In this document: positions 34,184 through 44,100 of the stretch, piece after piece
Numbering within the stretch: position 1 is the first letter of the stretch
Layout of the letters: each line of letters starts with the position of its first letter
IMG/VR virus record: IMGVR_UViG_3300025930_000008
Location: 43,023-107,022 of that record
From: a virus
DNA length: 64,000 nt
Direction: 5' to 3' (one strand)
Program-made: the position numbers and the translations under genes
Notes under the pieces: model-generated
Told to the model about the DNA's origin: nothing
Databases searched by the model: none
Seen by the model: the letters and a program-made list of their open reading frames with translations, nothing else

Positions 34184-36025
34184 TTATCCAATATTCCGGG
34201 CTGCTCGTAAGTTTCGTACCTCAATAGGACCCGTATAACTTTCTCGACGGATAATCTCCAATCGTAAGCCACGGGTAAAGGGGATAGCTCCTAAGCTGTC
34301 TGTGAATGTTAGCGTAGTGGTTTGCCAGCCATTATTATCTAGGTCGTTACCAGCGATATAGTTGCTATATGGCTCCACCGGAGTGACTGGTATCCAAATT
34401 GATTCATCGCCTCCATCACTGGCATCAAAGTACACGTTTACCGTGACTGGCTTACGACCAATCTCAAAACTCAAATAGTTGGTTGCACTGACTTGCTCAA
34501 AGTCTATAACGATCCATTCGTCATCCTGCTGAGCCACAGATATCCACTCTTGATCGCCAATGTATCGAATCGGTGGCACGCCCGGTAGCTTGGTGTAGTC
34601 CTGTGGATAAACGCCGTTGACGAAACTGTTGACGGCTCCATTTTGTGTCTGTGTGGCTGACGTGATAAACAGAGGCTCATCATAATCTGCCAGAACACGG
34701 TTGGCATTGAGTGGATTAGACGAAGTAACGGCTTGGCTGATGTTATGCCAGCCTGTGTAATGGTATTGGTAGTCTTTAGCGATACGAGGCGCTTCCTTTT
34801 CCACCTCCTGCTCAACCCAATAGATGGCATTTGGTGCAGGCCAGATGACTCGCGGGTTGCCAGATACGAAGCGGACAACCTCTGTATACTCAGAGGATGA
34901 GTAAGCGTCAGACCAGTTATTACGCTCCCTCAAACCGGGAGAGCTACCCACTGTCATAATGGTCGTCTGTGACCTGATACGGTCAACAGCGCCTTGTAGA
35001 TTCCACAGGCTCTTAGGTGAAATGTTGACAATCTCGTCAATAGCCTCTCGGCCTCCTACGCTTGTCGTCACCTTAAGAAAGGACGGGGTACCATTGGGCG
35101 TAATCAAAGACTCAGACCCCGACTTAAGCTCTGGCACGTCCCTATCCGCTAGGCTCCTGACGAATCTTACTTTCCAAGGGAGGACAGGGCCAGGACCACC
35201 GGTGACTTCCACATTTCCAGCACCGATGGTTGGGATGGCTTCTAATGCTAAACGAATTTGATCGCTAGTGGCGGTGACTGGAATTGAGGACGTGGTGACT
35301 GGACCCGTACCATCGTCATATGTGTATGGATAGTTAGCAGAGTCTAGACTATTGTAGACTAATGTGAAGCTACCACTGATGGGGAAATCAGGATCTATGG
35401 TGAAGGAAATGGTCTGTTCCTCTGACTGTCCAATCTCACGGCGCGGGAGGACTATCATTTCCTCTGTAGATTTGGTCTTGCCTAGATACTTTACACCTAG
35501 CGGATCATCAGAGTGAGTGTCAAAGAGATACTTGTAGTTCTCTACAATCTCTACGTCGTGCCCAAGGCCAGCCTTGGCGACCAACTTCATACCCATCGGG
35601 GTATTGCCAGCCCTCGCCCCATTGATATAGTCAAGCGCCCGGTTACGATAACGAGCGTTCTGTGACTTGATCTGCTCGTCTTGGTCCCTTGTTATTAGAC
35701 CAGTATAATCTACATCGTAAATTTCATCAGCGATGCGCCCGAATGCAAACGGGTTACCAAAGAATGAGTCCAGATCGAAGGCGTCCAGACCCATTTCCTC
35801 TAGCGCAATGCGGGCGTCTAGCTGATTCTTACGTAGCCAATTGACCCCGGCGTCACCCAGCAGCACTCGCATGAACTTGTACAGATGCGAGTCTGCGCTT
35901 TTGGTATAAATCTCGTACGGGAAGTTCTCGATGTAATGGAAAACATCTTTGGCCCCCGTAAGAGGCTCGATGAGGTAATTTTGCTTTACTACCTCGCTGT
36001 ATGTAGGAACACCACTTACAGCCAT
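34184..36025 (-). CDS. baseplate wedge protein
   Basis: LD.FFG, YR.R, G.T..G motifs; follows baseplate J. Confidence 0.7.
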   Translation of the reverse strand: MAVSGVPTYSEVVKQNYLIEPLTGAKDVFHYIENFPYEIYTKSADSHLYKFMRVLLGDAGVNWLRKNQLDARIALEEMGLDAFDLDSFFGNPFAFGRIADEIYDVDYTGLITRDQDEQIKSQNARYRNRALDYINGARAGNTPMGMKLVAKAGLGHDVEIVENYKYLFDTHSDDPLGVKYLGKTKSTEEMIVLPRREIGQSEEQTISFTIDPDFPISGSFTLVYNSLDSANYPYTYDDGTGPVTTSSIPVTATSDQIRLALEAIPTIGAGNVEVTGGPGPVLPWKVRFVRSLADRDVPELKSGSESLITPNGTPSFLKVTTSVGGREAIDEIVNISPKSLWNLQGAVDRIRSQTTIMTVGSSPGLRERNNWSDAYSSSEYTEVVRFVSGNPRVIWPAPNAIYWVEQEVEKEAPRIAKDYQYHYTGWHNISQAVTSSNPLNANRVLADYDEPLFITSATQTQNGAVNSFVNGVYPQDYTKLPGVPPIRYIGDQEWISVAQQDDEWIVIDFEQVSATNYLSFEIGRKPVTVNVYFDASDGGDESIWIPVTPVEPYSNYIAGNDLDNNGWQTTTLTFTDSLGAIPFTRGLRLEIIRRESYTGPIEVRNLRAARNIG

Positions 36026-38163
36026 TACGAGCTAGTCCATGTGTTCTGAGCGCGAGTCCTGATGAGGATGCCCGGTACGGCGCTCCACACACGCGCTACC
36101 TGACCGTCAATGTCTGCCTCAGTATTGAGCGTAGCCAAACGAGGCATTTCGTCATCCTTGAGGAAGAAGTCGTTATTGATAACATACTGTGAACCAGTAC
36201 GTGGAGCGCCTTCGCGCTCTGTTTCTACGATACGCGGGGCGGTAGTCTCAGTGTTACCGGGAGTGTCTGAGGACCAACGAACATTGTCTACGCCTGACAC
36301 AGCATGGATAGCCTGTAGGATATCTGACAACTGAATTACGTTGCCGAAATACTGACTGTCAAAGAAGTTATCTACAGCGGTCTTGACAGCAGCGTTCACC
36401 GCTGATGGGTTAGAGCCAGAGCTATACATGACCGTGATATCTAGTTTGAAGTAGCGCTCCCTAGCACGGTGGACTAGAATGTCTGTGGTGACCTGCTTAG
36501 CGGCTTCCAAGGCAGCCTGTAGGTCCACGATGTTCTTGTCGTAAATATAATTAGAGACTTCAATCGGGGTATACTGCGGGAACCCAGAAATGAGCGGACC
36601 AGTCCTCCCCAAATCTCCTACGTTGATCGCGCCCTTGCCGGTCGTGGCATTCATATTCCACTCGATGCCGTTACGAGCGCGGATCGTTCCGTGTAGCTCC
36701 GTAACATCTTCTACGAGCCAGTAATGCTCACCCTCGTAATAAATGGCCGTCTGGCCTCCACCGGTGACCACAATCTCAGAAGGTAAGTCAACGGCAGGCT
36801 GCCAGAACATCGGGAAGAATAGATTACCTATGGTCGGGAGAACATCGGGTTGTCCCACGCGACGGTAACTGCCTGCATAGTATTTGGTGGTGCTGGTATT
36901 GTTGAACGCTGCAACGGTCGAACTACCGGGCGATGGTAAGATGGTAGAAGCTACGGTGTCATTCGATCCGTCAATGAATACGTCTACACAGTTGGAGATG
37001 TTGCGTGTCTTGTCATTCCTAGATGACACAGACATATAGCTATGCTCAAAGAGAACAATGTCTCCCCAACGGACAGCCGTTACTGTAGCATCGGTGCTTG
37101 GATCAATGACGTTTAGGAATGTAATGTTTGGCTTATACGCTGAGGTTGGGTCGGCTGGGTCAGGGCCGATATCAGGGCCAACGTCTACATTGTAATAACG
37201 GTGAGCGTCACCGCGATCCTTAGCAACAGTGGTGGTGTTCAGTCTGTAGTCAATACCCTCACGCCAGAATACCGTGGCCGTTCCTGTGTTACCGTTACTG
37301 ACGAAGTTAGGCACCTCGGTGTAGGTATACTTAGAGTAAGGAATAGTTGATAGGGCGGTTGTCCATTCGTTGGAATTACCACCACCAGCTTCTAGAGCAG
37401 GGCCTACTCCTGTATTGACATTGATAGACTGAGAGTCATCCCCAAGAGGTACCTGTAGATATTCACGGTACCGACTGATAGGGCCAACTACGTTGACCTT
37501 CTTTGTGAAGGCGGCTGATAACGCGAGCGCGATGTACTGATCCTGCGTTCCGGCGAGGTTACGGAATACGGTGTTTTTGAACCGTACCTTGAGTTGGTCG
37601 TCGTCCTCCCCGTCGATCCCGCCCGTGATCGGCGCGGCGTTGTTGATGGTTTCGATGCCAAAGATTGCAGTAGCTGCATTTGTCGTGACCGCTCCTGCTG
37701 CAACATTTCCCGTACTTCCCGCGTAAATAGCTTGTACAGGAGCCTGGACCGTCGTTTGGCCTGCCAGGAGAGTAACGTCGAAAGTGGTTTCGTAGATAAC
37801 GTCCACGACGCCATCGAAGGAAGTCGTGACTCCCGGAGCCATAACCTGAGTGCCCGCCGGTATACGGATATCGTTACCCGACGTTGTTGCCCGTCCAAAG
37901 TCAACGAAACCTGTACTCTTGACGGCTTGTTGGCGTCCGAACCCAAATAGCGCAAGGAAGTTATCGAGGTTTGATCCTGTTTTTGTGTCAATGTCCAGCG
38001 CTCCCTGTAACTGTGTAAGGTCGATCTGAGCGTCTGACAACGCAGAAGCTACAGAGTCAAGAATCTTACGTTCTGGTGTACCTACCTCCGCAGAGATAGA
38101 TGGGTCCAGCATCCGTAGCTGGGCCAGCATTTGTACGACTAAATCTGCTTGTGTAACTGCCAT
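36025..38163 (-). CDS. baseplate J-like protein
   Basis: LD...ALFG..R..A, IPAGT.V, G..GNV.AG, GG.D.EDD.QL..R. Confidence 0.9.
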   Translation of the reverse strand: MAVTQADLVVQMLAQLRMLDPSISAEVGTPERKILDSVASALSDAQIDLTQLQGALDIDTKTGSNLDNFLALFGFGRQQAVKSTGFVDFGRATTSGNDIRIPAGTQVMAPGVTTSFDGVVDVIYETTFDVTLLAGQTTVQAPVQAIYAGSTGNVAAGAVTTNAATAIFGIETINNAAPITGGIDGEDDDQLKVRFKNTVFRNLAGTQDQYIALALSAAFTKKVNVVGPISRYREYLQVPLGDDSQSINVNTGVGPALEAGGGNSNEWTTALSTIPYSKYTYTEVPNFVSNGNTGTATVFWREGIDYRLNTTTVAKDRGDAHRYYNVDVGPDIGPDPADPTSAYKPNITFLNVIDPSTDATVTAVRWGDIVLFEHSYMSVSSRNDKTRNISNCVDVFIDGSNDTVASTILPSPGSSTVAAFNNTSTTKYYAGSYRRVGQPDVLPTIGNLFFPMFWQPAVDLPSEIVVTGGGQTAIYYEGEHYWLVEDVTELHGTIRARNGIEWNMNATTGKGAINVGDLGRTGPLISGFPQYTPIEVSNYIYDKNIVDLQAALEAAKQVTTDILVHRARERYFKLDITVMYSSGSNPSAVNAAVKTAVDNFFDSQYFGNVIQLSDILQAIHAVSGVDNVRWSSDTPGNTETTAPRIVETEREGAPRTGSQYVINNDFFLKDDEMPRLATLNTEADIDGQVARVWSAVPGILIRTRAQNTWTSS

Positions 38164-38675
38164 TAGCTAGTAGTTATTACGGCGGGTAGTTGGAGATTGA
38201 GAGTAGCCTCGGTGTTACGAGCGCTCTTAATGACTACGTTAACCCACAAAGAATCAGCGTTCTGAGTGAAATTGATCGCCGTTACGGCAGCAAGGATTTC
38301 ACCGCCTGTCAGCGTGGATTTGTTGTACCGGTTCCTGTCTCGCGTAGCCCTATCGACCTGCATGCGCTGGTAAGCTGCGGCCACACGGCGTATCTCAGCT
38401 TCAATCTCCATGCGCACAAGCCTAATGTTGGTTTTACCGATCACCGAGTCAATCGGTTTGCCGGAAGCATCTACCCCTCCGTCGATAATTGAACCGTAGC
38501 TGGGGTGTAACGGGTCCTGCCCCATATGCTCTAGGAGCCAGTGGCTAAGGTCCTGAACCAACTTCTGCTCGTTAGAAACGGTAGACAAAGAGGACCCGGT
38601 AAGAACCAAGTCCCCTCCTGGCCGTAAATACCCGTTCTCATCGCGGGTGCGTCTGACTTCCAGGGACCAACTCAT
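38163..38675 (-). CDS. baseplate wedge gp25/GPW-like protein
   Basis: GDL...KL.QDL..WL.E..G.D..HP.YGS. Confidence 0.8.
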   Translation of the reverse strand: MSWSLEVRRTRDENGYLRPGGDLVLTGSSLSTVSNEQKLVQDLSHWLLEHMGQDPLHPSYGSIIDGGVDASGKPIDSVIGKTNIRLVRMEIEAEIRRVAAAYQRMQVDRATRDRNRYNKSTLTGGEILAAVTAINFTQNADSLWVNVVIKSARNTEATLNLQLPAVITTS

Positions 38676-38998
38676 TATTCTGCGGGTGTATCAGGCGCAG
38701 GATCAGGCGCGGGTTCGGGGTCGGGCTTTTGCTTCGGCTTTGGCGGTGGTGGATCGTCGGGATTTGTTGGTTGTGGCTTAGGCGGTGGCGGGGTCGGATC
38801 AATAGGTTCTACTTGCTGTTCACTACGTACTGTAACACTCATGACCATCATTGCGTTGTAGCAACTTGGATGGAATTCATAGGTGTCTGATACGTTCTGA
38901 GCCGTGGAACCATCGACCGTGACTGTTTGCACAGACATAGCCGTATAGTTGGAAGCGATTTCCTGCAAGCAGTAATCACAGATTAGTTTATTGCTCAT
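38675..38998 (-). CDS. CxxC/HxxC protein with Pro-rich tail
   Basis: CDYC...FHPSC; PPPKP repeats. Confidence 0.65.
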   Translation of the reverse strand: MSNKLICDYCLQEIASNYTAMSVQTVTVDGSTAQNVSDTYEFHPSCYNAMMVMSVTVRSEQQVEPIDPTPPPPKPQPTNPDDPPPPKPKQKPDPEPAPDPAPDTPAE

Positions 38999-39003
38999 AT
39001 CAA

Positions 39004-39189
39004 TTATGTCTCTAGGCTAGGCCGATTACCTGTAATGGTATCCTTGGCCTTGGCGAGAAAAGCCCGCTGACATTCAATATGGAAGTCAAGACCATCTTCG
39101 GCGATCATCGTTGCAGGGTCAGGCGTGGGCACAAGAGTGACACGTCCGTCTGTAATTGGATCACCGCAATAATCGCATGTAGTTGCCAT
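39004..39189 (-). CDS. small CxxC/HxxC protein
   Basis: CDYCG.PI...FHIEC; paralog of its neighbour. Confidence 0.65.
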   Translation of the reverse strand: MATTCDYCGDPITDGRVTLVPTPDPATMIAEDGLDFHIECQRAFLAKAKDTITGNRPSLET

Positions 39190-39190
39190 T

Positions 39191-39619
39191 TTATACTCCT
39201 TTCGTGTAAAACATCAAACCGCTAAATGTGTTGTTGGCGTCGCTAAAGAAGGCATTAGCCGCCACCGAATAATTCACCATGCGGACCACATATGTTACGC
39301 CTTGAGTTAGGCTGGTCGCGCTTGTACCATAGCCCGCTGTAATCGTTCGATATTGGCTAAGGTCTGCCGAGGTAAATCCGTGTTCCATGTAACCACAAAC
39401 GGCTTCATTGATTCGGAGTTCCATGTAATGCATACCTGCTACGTTAGTTGATCCTTGTCCAGTGATAGCGGCTGACCACGAACCCGTTTTGGTTGGCACA
39501 AAATTCCATCGAACAATCTCTGCTGACGCAACCGATGCCTGCACATTAGCGGAAATGCGAGGGAGATAGACGACGGTCTGAGTAGCATCGTTTGTATCTG
39601 CGATGGTGATTCTTGCCAT
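39191..39619 (-). CDS. small beta-sandwich (C1q/TNF-like) virion protein
   Basis: Starts MARITIAD at a TAATG overlap. Confidence 0.65.
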   Translation of the reverse strand: MARITIADTNDATQTVVYLPRISANVQASVASAEIVRWNFVPTKTGSWSAAITGQGSTNVAGMHYMELRINEAVCGYMEHGFTSADLSQYRTITAGYGTSATSLTQGVTYVVRMVNYSVAANAFFSDANNTFSGLMFYTKGV

Positions 39620-40095
39620 TAGGTTATCCTCCCTAAATAGTTGCCCCAAAAGTAACTATAATGCGAACCACTAGAGACATTCTGGATAGTTGCATTACCG
39701 CCCGGCGTACCCTGGAAAATCAAGTTGAAATAATCGGTTGTGCCATTAGCGGTCACAATGGCCGAACCGCTTGCCGATGGGTTCACGGCACCATTGGTTG
39801 CAAGACGACCCAATTCTGCAATTTGCCCGCCATTCCTTTGTAAGCCCAAAATAATATACTGTCCGGTAGCGATAGAGGTTGGAACGTTAATCTGCCCGCC
39901 AAGGTGCCAAGCTCCTGCGAGCAATGGGGTGAATCGTCCAATGTTGGTGGTTATATCAAACCAACCAGTAGTGTCGATTACCTTAGTGTCAAATGGAATA
40001 GGCGTTGCCTGCACGTATGTCGTTAGCGCTGCCGTTCGACCGGCGAAAAAGGTTAGCCCTGTGGGCTGGATATCTGACAAGTTTTTACGAGCCAT
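39619..40095 (-). CDS. C1q-like domain protein
   Basis: IPFD....DT.G.FD....RFTP..AG.W...L.RNG...DY...YF.G..L. Confidence 0.75.
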   Translation of the reverse strand: MARKNLSDIQPTGLTFFAGRTAALTTYVQATPIPFDTKVIDTTGWFDITTNIGRFTPLLAGAWHLGGQINVPTSIATGQYIILGLQRNGGQIAELGRLATNGAVNPSASGSAIVTANGTTDYFNLIFQGTPGGNATIQNVSSGSHYSYFWGNYLGRIT

Positions 40096-40550
40096 TATGC
40101 TGCTCCGATGTAATAGGCGGAGAACATCGACGCAGTAACAAAGTTGCCTGTTGCGCCAGAGTTCTGTGACGACGTAACGGTTAATACATCGTTGGCAGCT
40201 AATACAATAGGCCCACTACAGTTGGCGAAGTAGTTGAATCCTACTGCGCTCATCAACGTCGATGCAGTGATTAATGTGCTTGATCCATTTTTGACCAGAG
40301 ACGCAGACCAAGTAGATGCGCCTGCCGGGAGGACATTCAATACAGCCTGAATGGTTACATACCATAAGCCGGGGCGATCTACAACTATACTTTGCCCGCT
40401 TGGGGTGTGGAAATTCCAGGGATCGGCAATTTCACTTGTCCATGTATGAGCGGGAATGCTGCCCGGGGCATAACTTTGGTTAGCCGAAATGCTCAAGATA
40501 CAATACGGGAGAGCGGGGGCGCTAATCTCTGAGATAGGTCGAATAGCCAT
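40095..40550 (-). CDS. C1q-like domain protein
   Basis: DP..FH...I.V..PGLWY...L.KNG...L.A.D.L.V...Q.SG. Confidence 0.75.
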   Translation of the reverse strand: MAIRPISEISAPALPYCILSISANQSYAPGSIPAHTWTSEIADPWNFHTPSGQSIVVDRPGLWYVTIQAVLNVLPAGASTWSASLVKNGSSTLITASTLMSAVGFNYFANCSGPIVLAANDVLTVTSSQNSGATGNFVTASMFSAYYIGAA

Positions 40551-41167
40551 TAGTTACCCGTGATCTTTCGGGGGGAAAGCATGATGAAAGTATTGCCACG
40601 ATAATAGGTTCCAGCACTTGTGCCCATGAAAATTTGTACACAGAAAACACCAGAAGCCATAGTTGCCTTACGCCGACCAATGCCCGACCCCATCCATGTA
40701 GCGTTAGTATTTGCCGCACCGATCTGCCATAATGGATCGACACCGTTACTTGGATATGCATTGTTGACCATAGCGGGGATGCCCGCACTAAAGTTAAGAC
40801 CAATTACATAATTGACACCGGCCCCGGCAGCAAGAGACACACCCGCTCCCCACTCAACGATATAATCGCCTGATAGTGGAGCCGTAGCCACAGGATCGAA
40901 AGTTGTGCTAATGCTGGCCCATGCACTTAAGCTTAAACTTGCCGAACGGTTAACCGCGTCAAAGGCGTATACAGGCTCCTGTCGTCCTACTGGATACCAA
41001 GCCGAAGTGCCCGCATCATAGATCAATTGCCAATAAATTACTGTGGGATCAGCGGGCGTTACAGTCTGCGTAAATTTGTAATTCACGATCATGCCGTCTA
41101 CCGGACTCGCCGGGAGCGAAGTCACCGTTGGGATGGGTCGATAATCAGATACGCTTCTACGTGCCAT
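40550..41167 (-). CDS. fibre-tip paralog protein
   Basis: V.SLP..P.DG...W.L.Y...W..VG..P..PL.GD. domain shared with the C-terminus of the upstream fibre. Confidence 0.7.
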   Translation of the reverse strand: MARRSVSDYRPIPTVTSLPASPVDGMIVNYKFTQTVTPADPTVIYWQLIYDAGTSAWYPVGRQEPVYAFDAVNRSASLSLSAWASISTTFDPVATAPLSGDYIVEWGAGVSLAAGAGVNYVIGLNFSAGIPAMVNNAYPSNGVDPLWQIGAANTNATWMGSGIGRRKATMASGVFCVQIFMGTSAGTYYRGNTFIMLSPRKITGN

Positions 41168-44100
41168 TAGCCGACCCTCACAGGCATGACCTTCATCCAA
41201 CGATTAGAATATGTGGGTGTAGATGAGTTGACGCCACCCGAATTGTTATATTGCATCTTTATAAGAGAGCTTGTAGCTACAGAAGTTACTCGGGTATCAC
41301 CATTTAGACCTTGGATACCGCCGAATACCGCGCCACTTGTTTCTGTGTATTGGTCTAAGACGAGGGGTGTACCTGCAACAGTCGCAGCAATTGCATGATA
41401 AGCGTTTGCGCTAGCTCCCCATGAGCTAGTCGCGCCAGCGCTGATATCCCAATCACCGGCTAGAGGGGTTGTGTAAGACGGACCAACAGAGGCGGTCAGG
41501 TCTGACCAACCACCTGTGGTGACAGCGATAGCGGCAGCGGTTGCAATAGCCACATAGATAGGAGAGCCACCAACGACTTCCCACTTATATGTTGATGCGC
41601 TTGATTGGTTATAACGTAGATGCCAAACAACGCCTTGCGCAGCCATAGTGGCATCTTGGAAATGAACCTCTAGACCATCGCTGAGTCCTGTTGTTGGGAG
41701 AACGCTGACCTTGGCCGGGAGATTACCTGCGGGGCCGGGAGGTCCCTGAGGCCCAGCTAAAAGAGTTGATACTGAATCGGTGTCAAATTCAATAACGTCT
41801 AGTGATAGTGCCCCAGCGGCTGAGGCCGGGAAATCATTAAAGACTTGCCCGGAAGGATTGACGATTAGGCGTGCATATGTACCACCGTTGTCGGTAGTAA
41901 ACCAGGCGTTGAATGCCGGTCGATAGCCAACAGGCAGAGTAAAGATCACCGCATTGGTCGTTCCGCCCTTGACCAATCCGCGTACCTGAACTTTGCCTAG
42001 CGGGTCCTTACGGAAGGCCGCGCTTTGGTAAGTGCCAACCGTATGGTTTGTATATCCATTTTGGAATGCAGGTTCACCCGATCCACCGACAAGGTGCCAA
42101 GGGTCCATCGCTTGTTGGGTAAGCGTAACATTGCCTGGGCCTGAGCAAACAACAGTGTACTGATTTTGTGAAGGCGCAGGTGTAGCAGGATTGAATTTGA
42201 CAGTAACTTGGTTGAGACTGTTACGTTCGATTTCTGCGGTAACCTCAGACCAGGGCGAATTAGTTTCGTAAACGCTGACCGCGATATTACGAGTTGCCAA
42301 ATTATGGTCAATAGCAAAAGTACGAGTAGCACCATCGCCAATGATCGTTGAAAATGAGGTACCACCGGGGACTCCCTGTGGACCAGCGGGGAGAGTGGTT
42401 ACCGAATCTGTATCAAACTCGATCCCGTCAAGTGAAAGCAGCGTCGCCGTGGCATCGCCCCAGGCAAACACCGATCCATCAGCGGCGATATTGACCTGGG
42501 TCCAGGCGGTTGATGTGTTTGAGGATCCATGTGGGTCGAACCGGAGTTGCTTTGGCGGGCGATAACCGGCAGGCAGAGTGAACATCACTGTGCCAGATGC
42601 TCCACCCTTTGCCGACCCCTCTATTTTGACTATACCATCGGGGTATTTACGGAATCGTGGCACCTGAAACGAGGCACCGGCATCGTAGGAAGTCCACGAG
42701 TTTTGGAATGCCGGTTCACCCGAATTACCAACAATATGCCAGGTGTCCATCGTCTGCTGAGTCAGGACAGCGCCCGGACCATTGACAACAACTGTGTATT
42801 GACCTGTAGTTGGAGCGGCAGTAGCCGTGGCAGTACGGATCGTTAGAGTGTTCTGATCCGTGTATTCAATTTCAGCGGGGACATAGGCCCTAGGTGAATT
42901 GGTTTCGCGGACAAAAGCGTTGACATTCCAGCTAGCGAGATTGTGCGAGATAGTGAATACCTTGCTTGTACCATCGCCAAAAACCTGTGTATAGGATTGA
43001 CCACCAGGAGGGCCAGCCGGTAGAGTTGTGACCGGTATATCTTCAGCTATGAATGAAAGACCATCAAGAGATTCCCAACCACCTGACGCTGTGTTACCAA
43101 CTGTGACACTGATAACACCCGTCGTTGCAATGTCAAGACGACCAGGGGTATTAGGTTCTCCATAACGGTTTCCTATAATCAATGGGCCTGATGGACGATA
43201 GCCCGCTGGCAATGTAAAGAGCGTTGAGCTAGCTGCGGCGCTTGCTAAACACACACCCTTCAACTGCACAGTGCCATCAGGCAATTTACGGAAAGCCACG
43301 CCACCTGAGAATGCAGCCCAGCTAGTCCAGTTGGTACCAAAGGCAGGCTCTCCCGCCGTGCCAACGTAATGCCAAGAGTCAATAGTCTGTGAACTTACCG
43401 CCGCACCTGGCCCGGTAATGACGACCGTATATTGACCAGTCGTTGGCGCTGCTGAGGTGGCAGAAGTTTTGACTGTAACAACGCTTGGAGTAGTACGCTC
43501 GACTTCAACTTCTACCTCTGAAAATGGTGAAGCCGTCTGGTAGCACGCAACATTGACATTACGTGTACCCATCCCATGGGTAAGCGTGAAAGTCTTAGAG
43601 GTACCATCACCGATAACTGCTGACCATGAATTTCCTGAGGTACCGGGAGGGCCAGCCGGAAGAGTAGTGACTGAATCGGTATCAAATTCGACGTTCATCA
43701 AATGCAGATTGGTTCCTGCACGAACGCCTGCCACTACACCTGTGTTATCAATGCTGATGAAATTGCCTGCCGCTCCACCGTCGCCTAGGACGGGGAGGTA
43801 TTGAAATGTCGGAGGCCGATATCCAGCGGGAAGTGTAAATACAGTTGTTCCAGTCGTACCACCTGAAATGGTCCCTCGCATCTGGACCTTGCCCAATGGG
43901 TCCTTACGGAATGACACCGGGCCATAAATACCACCAAAGCTAGTCCACGAATTCACAAATCCGGGTTCGCCTGCTGTACCAACTACATGCCAAGGATCAA
44001 GATTCTGCTGAGTTATAGCCGCGCCAGGACCAGAGACTACGACTGTGTATTCATTCAGCGCGATAGGAGCTAAACCAGCCGATGTACGAATAGTGATCTG

